From Phoronis australis (lineage: Eukaryota > Animalia > Phoronida): a DNA stretch of 64,000 nt. A model generated the notes under the pieces. It worked only from the letters and a program-made list of their open reading frames with translations. It was not told the DNA's origin and ran no database searches. This document shows positions 54,001-64,000 of the stretch, piece after piece (the stretch's first letter is position 1; each line of letters opens with the position of its first letter). Location: the NCBI GenBank assembly GCA_002633005.1, contig NMRA01000105.1:784010-848009 (forward strand), given 5' to 3'. The position numbers and the translations under genes were made by a program.

Positions 54001-57000
54001 AGCTTTGTGAAAGAAGTCTCCTAGTGGTCAAACAGTCGTAACTTGGCTGGTGATTCTCGGTCCCACTTACCGACGGATATTCTGCGTTCGCAGGTAACTC
54101 AGCGTTGCATCATATACCCCTCAGAGAGCCTCCCTTCGATATGTCCCCATCTCGCTTACGAAGGAGGCATGTCCTTGACTATACTGGCCGGGATTCGGAC
54201 CGAGTTCCCTTCCATAGCGTGGTCATGTCGCATAGGAATGATTTGCTGTCGATATGACACACTACAGTGTAAGTAAGTTGGCTACGTTCGCTCCAAACAC
54301 CTCCCCTCATTGCTTGCCCATCTCGCTTAAGGAATGCTTAGTACTTACAAAGCCAACGTTCGGCGCCACGTACAGCATCGTTGTTCCATGATCATTTCTT
54401 CCTGTGATGGTGAGTTGTTCAAACCGCCACGTTTGAGGACAGGAAGACCTGCAAACGGGCCTACCCTTGAGAACGTGCCAATCGCTCACAAGAGGAATGA
54501 AATGCTGACGTCGCGTCCCGATGCCAGGTCACAGTTACGTGGTAGTGCTTTTGGTGTCAAAACGTGATGTCACTTGCTTTATGACGTGTGAATTTTTTGA
54601 AGGAAGTCTTCTGGCTAAATAGTTGTAACTTGCCTGGTGCTTGTCGGTCCCTTTTACGTTCGCTGGGGTGCCCTAGGTAGGTCATCGTTGCATCATATAC
54701 CCTCAGAGAAGCCTCCCTTGATACGTCCCCATCTCGCTTACGAAGGAGGCATGTCCTTGACTATACTGGCCGGGATTTGGACCGAGTTACCTTCCGTAGC
54801 GTGGTCATGTCGCATACGAAGGATTTGCTGTCGAAATGACACACTACGGTGTACGTACGTTGACTACATTCGCTCCAAACACATCCTCTCATTGCGTGCC
54901 CATCTCGCTTAAGGAATGCTTACAAAGCCAACACTCGGCGCCAATTGCAGCATCACTGTTCCATGATCATTTCTTCCCTTGATGGGGAGTTGTTCAAACC
55001 TCCACGTTTGAGGACAGGAAGACCTACAAACGAGCCTTCCCTCGAGAAAGTTCCAATCGCTCACAAGAGGAATAAAATGTGCTGACGTCGCATCCCGATG
55101 CCAGGTCACTATTACGTAGCAGCGCGTGTGGTGTCCACAGGTGATGTCACTTGCTTTATGACGTGCGCTTTGTTCAGTCTTGACATGCGCAGCAGAGAGA
55201 TCTGGTCAAGAGCGACTCTCCGACATGTCCTATCGGCTCGACAGCCAAAGGTGTTGTGAGGCCTGGTATCCAAAAACATATCGCCGGTCGGCAAGCAACG
55301 AATTATAAACAAATAACACTGCATAGTCGATGACATCAGAGACAAAAAAATTACGTCATTCACGACCTTTCTTTTCAGAAATGCTGTAGGCTAATTTACC
55401 TACTGCACTTTTGAATATTCAAATTAATCAAGATATTTCCTGTATTTAACGTGAGCAGTAAGACTACAGACTCCTAACCAATTTAATTAGTGGTTCCAGT
55501 GTTTTTCTAATTCTCCCTGGATATTTTACTGGCCTGATTTCCAGAAAATGTATCCCGTCACACTAAGGAGTGAAATGTTGGACAGTAATGGCGATCTTTG
55601 CAACTTTCGCGTTATGCCTTTCTTGGAAACACTTTTGGTATTTTAGCTGACCTAGACAACGCAAACACATGCTGTCATTTTCTGAACACAATTGCAAGTT
55701 CGTTGAAAGTAAAAACGGTGGTGGAAACTAGCACTGCCACGCATTCGCATTTCAAAAATCTTACCACGCACAGAAACCCTGCCAAGAAACCTGTTGTTCA
55801 ACTACTTACTGTCACCCTTGCCACTGACATTTTCAAGCACAAATGAACGAAAACGCAACATAAAACCTGGGTCGTGTGCAGTTAACTTTGGCTACAGTGA
55901 CCGAGTGTGGTTGCAGTTTCTCTTTGCACGTGGTAAGAGATTTTGCGGTGAGTGGTGAGGATGTACGCACGCGGTAATGCAGCAGTTGGTCTTCATCGTT
56001 CCGGTACTTTTGATATCAAAACACCTACTTTTGAATTGAACCACTTACATCTGTAAACTAAGCAGCAATTTGTTTCTTACACTAGTCAAATTAGGGTAGG
56101 TCAGACAAGACTTTATTGCTGTAGTGAACTTACTGTCAGCGTGTACTGAATTTAAAAGAACGGAAACACACGCACGTGCACACACATGCATGTCAATCTA
56201 CCACTCTGGATGAACGACACGCATGTATTTGACGATCACTTTCTATTCGAAATTTGATTATGCCAATATTTTACTGAACTATGCTAGCAAAGCATACCAA
56301 AATACAAGATAACAATCCTTATTTTCTGCTGTTTTGTTTCTGGGTCGATTTTAAGGCATTTACATCGCAGTACTTTTTGGGAGCTCTCTCGCTGCTTTAT
56401 AGTTTATCTACGTGTAGACATTTACTTCTGGACTCCCTTATTACTCTATGGTGTAGCCACCACGAGTGTTCAATGCTGATGAATAACATAAAACCATCTC
56501 TAATCGTCTGCACGATCTAGTCACCACTCGGGCGAAGTTGGGTGATTCGGTGAAGCGCTTTGAATGAGCAGCAAATTCAAGATTATTACTAAGTTAGTAA
56601 TCATTGAAGTTAGTAGTGCCAGTACTTGCAGCTATTTTGTTGTTGTCGTCCATCTATATCATCTACCTTAAACGGGGGAGGTTCGTTCAACCTCCCGAAG
56701 CCCCGCTGGCTACGGGCCAGATCATGGTACCCTCGTGTAAATACATTACTTATTCATGAGATGCCGACTAAAGAATATCCAAGGCGTTGCAAAAGAGGAT
56801 AATAGTTTCTGCTTCCGAAACAATTTAAATGAAGTTAAGTGAAAATACTGAGTCATAAAAGTATTTTTTTTGAAGTCTTATTCTAGTTCAGAAAATAACA
56901 AAGGATATGTATGATTTATTATCTGGATTTGTAGGTTTCAACGGTTCAGCATGCTTCAACGCATCACCACTGACTGCCACGATAGACGATTGCAAACCGG

Positions 57001-60000
57001 GCGGAAGTCATCCAGGGATAACCACGTAAGGCCCGCCTTGGCGTGAGGTCGCCGGCGGATTTTTTTATTACGCAAGCAACATAATGCTGCAAACCAATAT
57101 TTCCGGTAGAGACGTTAAAGATAAGCTACGAGAGCATTTCTGCAATTTTATGAGCGTGCAAGTCACTCACCTCGTTCCAGGCCGCAACGAGGACACAGTT
57201 GACTTCGTGTAATGTAAAATTCTCCCATTTCTGGCAGTAGGTCTATTACGTAACATCCTTTTGGAAACTTCAGTTGACTAAGCCGCTCGGAGAGAATTTA
57301 CAACAAAAGGTTTGTTTGTCATTTTGCTATTTATGTACATAGTAAATTAATTAGGGTCTGGCAACTTTTTGTGTCGGCAACGTAATGCCAAGCCAAATGT
57401 GAGATGAGGTATGCGTAAGTGCTGCGCATTTACTATACCCGGCCAACGCCAGCTTAGTAAACACGGAGTGAGATTAAAGGGTTATTCTAGTCAACAAGAT
57501 ACGACAGCGGGGGGGGGGAGGTGCAAACATACTAAGAAGTGTACCTCACTGACTAAGGCCGATTATCTTCTGATTTAAGATTCATTTGCGGTGACGGAGC
57601 AAGACAGTTGGTAGACAAGTCGCAAGAAGAACGAAAGCGTATAAGCTGCGAAATATTTTCGAAGATCTTCGATTCCCAAGAATGCCTAAATGTAAGAATT
57701 GAAAAGTCTTCATATTATTATTACAATTGGTATTTTAAATTAATTTATATTTAAGAGTTTACACTCGCACAGTTATCAGTGACACTTTATAAAACAATAC
57801 ATGACGATCAGAAACTAGAATTACAGACAATACAAATAATGAATGATCATAAAAAGTGGGAATAATGCATACAGTAACTTGAGCTCAAGGAATGTGGCCA
57901 TCGCTGATTTTGTGACAAACGATGGCGCTTGCAACAGAAATGGCTTAACCTTAATGGCGCAACTGATCCATCAGTTTGAGTTTTTAATTTTCTTATGCCA
58001 ATAAGAAACTTCAACGCCATGTTTTGACAAAAGTTTTACGGTATTGTGTTGCAGATAAAATTCTGGAATAATTTTAATGGCCTTTCACTAACTCGTAATA
58101 TATTTGAGTTATTTGATGTCGGTAATAATTGGGCCACCGACTGAAGAATAGAATTCGCTAAGCTAATTACAAGACATCATGCCTACAAACTGATAACACT
58201 AAGGAAATGAGCTCAAAAAGGAAATTAAAGTACGACAACCTGAGGGGGGGGGGAATGCAGTAACTTCACTAGAGCCAAATCTCCACTAGGTACTTCTAGT
58301 AGTAATGAATTACAGTAAAATCTCACCAGTTTTTGTCACAGTATGGCCGACAAGTGAAAATTTATTTGTTCACTTTTCATAAAATGCAAGCTGCACAAAA
58401 GAAATTCCATATTTTTAAAGGTCTATATTATAGCTCCGACGTGAGAAAATTGTGGTCATTCATAGTTGTTTTAGAAGTCTTTGAAAAAGACCGCTTTTGG
58501 CTATTATTGTTGTCCGAAATTGGTGAGCTTTTAGCTTAAGCTTTCAATGGTAACATCACTGAATATCAAGTTACCTAATTTGGTCGATATGGGACATCTG
58601 TGGTCATATTCGGGGGCAGTCTGTAACCACATTTGAGGGCCACAAATTGTAGGGTAGATAGAAATAATTTTCAGCTAAACCAGTTACGACCGCTGTCCGC
58701 CATCTGCTGCTGGGGAGGCGCAGCGACCGGTGTAAATCATGTTACCTTAGTAACGGAAGCTCTTATTCCTAGCCTGTAGCTTACGTCGACCACGACTGGG
58801 CCACGGAGCCATACACTGGCGGCGGGTACACAGCGAGCTTTCCACCTGGTGTTATAACCGGATTCGGCAGGTAAAACTGCTCCTTGACATTTACAAATCT
58901 CTTCTTCTCACACTTTATGGCGTCGATATTCTTCGAAGTCATGCAGTGAGGCATGTGCCGCCATCAAAAACTGGCGAGGTATTCAACAAGCGCTGTATGG
59001 GGATATTTTAAAAGTTTCTAGAGCCAAGCATGAGGGTGACAGGAGGATCGCCGACATACGCCTTTAATGCCGCCTTGCCGACCCTAAACTGCTTTTAACA
59101 AAACGTTTCAGTGAAAATGGCAAAGTTGAAGTGACGGTATGGTCCTCGATTTCAAACAACTGCAGTGCCGGTGTGTGGGCATTATTCTAAGTTCTAGAGC
59201 ATCACAAGCTATCAATTTATTTTCAGTGAAATAAGAAAGCCTCACGGGTGTGTTCACTTCGCTGGTACGGAGACGGCTACTCAATGGTCGGGATACATGG
59301 AGGGCGCAGTTGAGAGCGGGCAGCGTGCGGCGAAAGAGGTACATATGTAGTAGCCGTTTGCTAACTGAAGCATTTGGTCTGTAGGGCCTACCGTTGTCTG
59401 ACATCAAAACAGTTGGTTACCAACGCGGCATTGCATTTTAAAGCCATGCTATTTTGAAAGACTCTGAAGAACCCTTACGAAAAAATCCAATAGGATTTCC
59501 TATTGGATTCCTATAGGAAAGAAATACTATAGGAATTCCTATAGGATTCCCTATATGAAATCCAATAGGAATCCTATAGGAAATCCTATAGGAATCCTAC
59601 AGGAAACCCTATAGAAATTCTTATGAGACTTTTAAGAAATCCATTACGATTTCCCAGTATGACATTTTCAATGCATACATAATACAACAACGAAAGCAAC
59701 AGTGTTTTCAACAAAACAAATTCAACTGGAACACAGGTAACCTCAAACTTTTGAATCGCTTTTCAGTGACATCTGTTGTCCAGTTGAGAAACTGTCTATT
59801 TTAGCCACTAAGAAATAGACATGATCAAAATGTTTCCTCAGAAGTTTAGACACAACAGATATAATGACACATAAATGTTATGTTTTAAGAGAATTTCATA
59901 TACAGGAAATTCAGTAGGATTCTATCAGTTCAATAAGATCCTATAGGAAGTTCAATAGGATACTATAGGATTTAATATAGGAATCCTATAGGATTCCTAT

Positions 60001-61815
60001 ATGAAATCCTATTGGATCCAATAGGAAATCCTATAGAAAATTCCTATAGGAATCCGATAGGATTTCCTATAAAAATTCTACAGTAAATCGTAAAGGATTT
60101 TCTATAGGATTTCCTATTGGATCCTATAGGTTTCCTATAGGAATCTTATAGGAAACCCTATAGGAATTTTCTATAGGGTTTCCTATTGGATCCTTTAGAG
60201 TTTCCTATTGGATCATATAGGATTTCCTACAAGAATTCTATTGTATTACCTATAGGAATCCTATAGGATTTCTGACAGTGTCTCCTATTGGATCCTATGG
60301 GATTTTCTATTGGATCCTATAGGATTTCCTATACTAGTCCTCTAGGATTTCCTATAGGATTTCGTATAGGAAATCCTATAGGAACCTATGGGACTTGCTA
60401 TTGGATCCTATAAGAAATCCAATAGGATCCTATAAGATTTCCTAAAGCATCCAATAGGAAAGCCTATAGAAATCCTTTAGAGAGAAACCCTATAGGAATT
60501 CGAAAAAGACTTGAATATATCCAGTTGGCATTTCAATAGAATTCATGAAGCAATTAACATACATGTATTAAGACTCGCCTGAATATTAAAATTGACAAAA
60601 ATTAATGACTCGGAAGAGCTGAAATTAGGTGAAAACAAATCGATATTTTACTATATACTCTTAGGCTCTTTGTTTGTTAAAATGCTTAAAATCAGATTTG
60701 TGATTAACTTCCTATAGGATTTTTTCAATAGGAATTCCTATAGGATATCTTGACCCTATAGGAATCTTATAGGAAATCGATATTCCTATAGGAATTCTTA
60801 TAGGAATTTCTATATGAATTCCTATAGGAAATCATGATCCTATAGGATATTTTCGTATGGGAAAATCTTACTCTTTCAATATCTTTTTGGTCAATTCGTC
60901 CTACTGTTCTGAAACGTCATTTGAATCAATTTTTATAAAAGCGATGCAAACAATTCTAGGCAGGAATAGAAATGTTACGCAGTGCGGAAGTCGCACGTTT
61001 AAACACCGTGTCTGGCAGTCGCTGTAGCATAAGTTTTATTACCTGTTTCGTTGATAACAGGGAGGGCTGTGACTATAAGTCTGCAGCCATCTCGACCATC
61101 GCATGCGCGCACCCAGTATGGGGGTGGGCTCGAGTTTCTGGCGATGGGGACCTTTTGCTGACAAAAAAGCGGCAGGACCACCTTCACGCAGCTTCTTCGC
61201 ACCGCTGACGTTTACCGCGAACTTGGTGAAAAAATATAACATCCTCAAGCTTTTCTAACTATGTGTATTCCAGGTACTTTTTGCCCTCGGCAGGATCAAC
61301 GAAAGTGAGATATGGCATGATGGATCGAAATCTGAGGTATCAAGTTTTTAAAATGGTGATTGTGTGTGTGTGTGCGCGCATGCGTGCGTCTGTGTTCCAA
61401 AGAACTGTTAAAGTCGCGGAGTATTCTTCATCCAAAAAACTGAAGTAGCATTTCAGAAGACTGGGATAGTTCCGTCATTTGACGTTCCAGTTTGTGTTGG
61501 AAAGTAAAGAACATGAAAATTACATTATTTGAGGTCAAATTGAAAAAGAATCGAATATAGTTTGTCTAAAGCCGCCACCAAAATGCTCGACTCTACGAGA
61601 TCAATTTCTTATTCCAGGATGTGCAATCTTCGTCCCCATACCGCTCGTTCTTAGAGCGTCACATGCCCTCATCCAAACAATTCTTGACCGGCATACTGTA
61701 CGCCCTGAGCGCCTTCGTTGTCGGCTACAAGCTTCGACAGGAACAAGAAAGCCTGACAAAATGGTGGATACACGCCATAAGCAAGCCAATGGACCTCTTG
61801 CTGGATCGACACTAG
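42085..61815 (+). CDS. MAO: Flavin-containing monoamine oxidase (MAO-A/B family), paralog 2; 14 exons, 533 aa
   Basis: Exons 42085-42127, 44441-44676, 45913-46014, 46304-46395, 47368-47512, 48594-48654, 49344-49432, 51005-51164, 56935-57025, 57580-57691, 58773-58870, 59227-59338, 61274-61336, 61618-61815 (1602 nt, no stop or frameshift). Same exon sizes as paralog 1 except exon 5 (+3 nt). Motifs [58 protein letters not shown]. Confidence 0.93.
42636..42803. mobile_element. GC-rich MITE (caggggtggatcca ... taaatccgccactg)
   Basis: Imperfect TIRs with poly-G/poly-C subterminal runs, flanked by T runs. Confidence 0.55.
43135..43204. mobile_element. MITE family C monomer
   Basis: Perfect 13-bp TIR catgggcggcgca / tgcgccgcccatg. 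Confidence 0.7.
43648..43730. repeat. 16-bp tandem repeat x5 (ccgaaggtgcactagt)
   Basis: Seen directly; no spacers. Confidence 0.9.
44180..44328. mobile_element. MITE family C tandem dimer
   Basis: Two units ending gtgctgcaccgcccatg and gtgctgcgcctcccatg; reverse orientation relative to 8596-8740. Confidence 0.6.
49600..50790 (+). repeat. Diverged satellite-like array (family D), MAO2 intron 7
   Basis: Motif copies near 49768, 49910, 50225, 50392, 50605 and 50755. Confidence 0.6.
52200..52830 (-). repeat. Diverged satellite-like array (family D), reverse orientation, MAO2 intron 8
   Basis: aaagtgtcactaggg...tagtcggatcggtccgaaa at about 52742-52786 and ccaaatttcatgaaaa at about 52295 are reverse complements of family D motifs. 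Confidence 0.5.
53312..55225 (-). mobile_element. Probable LTR retrotransposon remnant: long LTR plus primer-binding site
   Basis: The minus strand begins TGTCGG (55225) and runs to ...GGACCCACA (53397), followed after 6 nt by TGGCGTCACGAA (53390-53379), complementary to the 3' end of a tRNA-Ser as I recall it. It contains a tandem duplication of about 585 bp. No TSD or coding domain found. Confidence 0.5.
54011..55166. repeat. Tandem duplication, two units of about 580 bp (54011-54590, 54601-55166)
   Basis: Long shared runs such as gtccccatctcgcttacgaaggaggcatgtccttgactatactggccgggatt and gtgatgtcacttgctttatgacgtg. Confidence 0.92.
59472..60861. mobile_element. Non-autonomous foldback DNA transposon with TCCTATAGGA palindrome arrays (CMC/EnSpm-like), MAO2 intron 12
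   Basis: TIRs cccttacgaaaaaatccaataggat and atcctataggatattttcgtatggg; AA on both flanks (2-bp TSD); three blocks of CCTATAGG-type repeats (about 59485-59640, 59935-60500, 60710-60850). Confidence 0.75.
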
Positions 61816-63414
61816 GGTGGAGTGCCTGGTTAACCAAGAAAACGAGCTCTGATATTTATGACGGATCTGTATAACTTAGTCATACTAGTTCATCTTGCTA
61901 GGATTGTAAATTAGTAACCGGAACAACTTAAGACTTAGACTGCCCTAGTAAGCATGCTGCGTACTGTACACACCAAGACTAGTCAACATGAGCTGACCTT
62001 AAGTGGTCACCATGAGTTTTACTCGTCGATTTTTACGCGCAAAAATATCATCAAAAGGTAGAAAACAGCTTGAATTTACTCAAGAAATTTTAAGTGACTT
62101 GAAAATAATGTATGTGACAATGTCAAGAAAATGGGGATAACCTAGGAGCCTAGCCGAAAGTTCTAGGTTTTCAAATTGTTAAAAAATTTAAACAAAACTG
62201 TACTGTTCACAATAGTTTTAGAAAATTAATGAAATAGTCAAAAAGAAAAACATATTTGAAGTGACAATTACCCCCTTTTTACAGTTTCGTTTTACCAGTG
62301 TAGTGCTATTTCTGATGTCAAAGACAGAAGATAGAACGACAATGCACGTCATCCCAGACACAACTCCCATTTTACACCCTTGTGCACATTTTTAGTGCTC
62401 ATGGGTCTCGGTAAAAAACGAAAGGATTCCATTCAAAAATGGCAAACTGATGTCGGTCAAAGTTGTCAGTGCTAGATCATTTCCTCAGCAAACTTTACTT
62501 GAATTCCATTAAACAGACGTAGATAGCAAACTTATGTAAGCGCAGGTACTGTAGTTGGTCATCAGACACAAAACCACGAGTGGGTGTAGCAAAAGCTACG
62601 TTTATAGGATGGAGTAGACTAAAGATGGCGACCTTACTGGATCATAGGATCAAGATTAAGAATAGTTAATTTTTGATTTGACAAGTTACATACATGTACA
62701 TGCTGACAAACCTCCTTAGATCAAAGCGACAGCTCACCAAGATAATTTATAACATGCTCATTCAATAGTTCGTTCATTTCTGTGTGACGTTATCAGGTAC
62801 GAATAATGTATGGAAGGAGCGTGGTCTATAATAAGACAATCTAGAAGATCCGCGCCAGCTGACGTCATGAAAAGACAGCAACTTCGCATGTCTGGTGTCT
62901 GCAGAAAGTTGTCATGAATTCTCATGAAGTTAATTAAGTGCAAGTTTCATCATTTCCTATGACGTACAACTATCCCAACAAAACAGTTTATGTCACATAA
63001 CAACTCCAGGACATCTTGTGTTGTTGTTTATTATGTCATTGACCAGTGCCTACTCATAGTGAAACCTTATAAGCCAGACAGCTGTCCAGACTCCATTCAT
63101 GTTGATGAGTTGGATGAAATCCACCGAACTCTCAATATTGTTGTTGTTTTGCACTCACAACCCACACATATTTCTATTCGCTAATATATATATTGTAGCT
63201 AGAGTTAATAAACTTTGTGTGTCAGTAGAAACTCAACGACGGGGTTAGTTTTTATGCTGCTCTCCATCGACTTGCTGTTGCTACCTTGCTAGCCAACTGT
63301 CTACTCTTCAACCAAGAACCGGGTAACCCAACTATACTACCACGACCTATCCTCACATTAGTGGAGCCGTATTTTCCACATTACTGATTTCCCCACAAAA
63401 GCCACTACAATCCC

Positions 63415-63465
63415 GTTATTTCACTTTTTCGGTTATTTCACTTTTTCGGTTATTTCACTTTTTCG
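63415..63465. repeat. 17-bp perfect tandem repeat x3 (gttatttcactttttcg)
   Basis: Seen directly. Confidence 0.9.
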
Positions 63466-64000
63466 CTGCCTAAAAACCTCATTTTAGCCAGCTTAGCTCC
63501 TTATCACAAATCCTTTCATCTTTCTTTTGGGCATTATAGTTGGGCAATCATCACCATATCTTACACCTGCCAGTGTTCATCTACTGTGTAGATCAAATTT
63601 TCCTAAAAAATTCATAATTTATTCATTCAATAACAAAACACAAACAATAACAAATACAGTGACATGTCACAACCACAGGTGTCTCTTATGAGCAAATTAT
63701 AATCATCAGAATACAAATTTTCCAATAGCGGAAGGCATTGCAAATTGTTCCAGGTGAAAACAGCTGCCACCGACTGGCCCAGATCAAAAGATAGTACAAA
63801 TTGCCTCCATAAAATCTCCACAAAACTCCATCCCTATGAGTAACATTTCTAACATTCATTCCAGGACACTCAAAATTATAATTTGAAATATTTCAAATGA
63901 CAGTAGTTGCCTGGCAAAATTGTTCAAGACATTCAACATTTTGGATGTAAACTTTCAGTTCTCCACATCATCCTTACCCCATGTTCCAACAGCCACACAA

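Noticed and set aside
12030-61815. Horizontal transfer of a bacterial amine oxidase/ligase operon
   Set aside because: The genes have many spliceosomal introns, MAO intron positions appear shared with vertebrates, and the ligase resembles animal CARNS1.
62750-64000. Possible gene or LINE fragment at the window end
   Set aside because: No frame gave a recognisable motif.

Overview
Eukaryotic (metazoan, probably marine invertebrate) genomic DNA with GT-AG introns and many decayed transposons; the ORF track is mostly noise or single exons. By hand-splicing I recover three intact, co-oriented + strand genes: a 14-exon flavin monoamine oxidase (MAO-like 1, 12030-28381, 532 aa), a 4-exon single-domain ATP-grasp ligase related to the C-terminal half of carnosine synthase CARNS1 (33362-38422, 458 aa), and a second 14-exon MAO paralog (42085-61815, 533 aa). 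A decayed third MAO 3' end lies at about 40320-41440. Both MAOs lack the Cys that binds FAD covalently in vertebrate MAO (GGAY and GGGY instead of GGCY) and have remodelled substrate-cavity residues. The main candidate novelty is this oxidase-ligase-oxidase block as a possible animal amine-modifying or biosynthetic gene cluster; this is inference and untested. The rest is mobile DNA: an Academ element, an ISL2EU-like THAP element, L1/Tx1, RTE-X-like and HERO-like LINE fragments, a probable LTR with primer-binding site, a CCTATAGG-rich foldback element, a Penelope-type hairpin with hammerhead-like motifs, a tRNA-derived SINE, MITEs and microsatellites. All family assignments come from motif recognition, not database searches.
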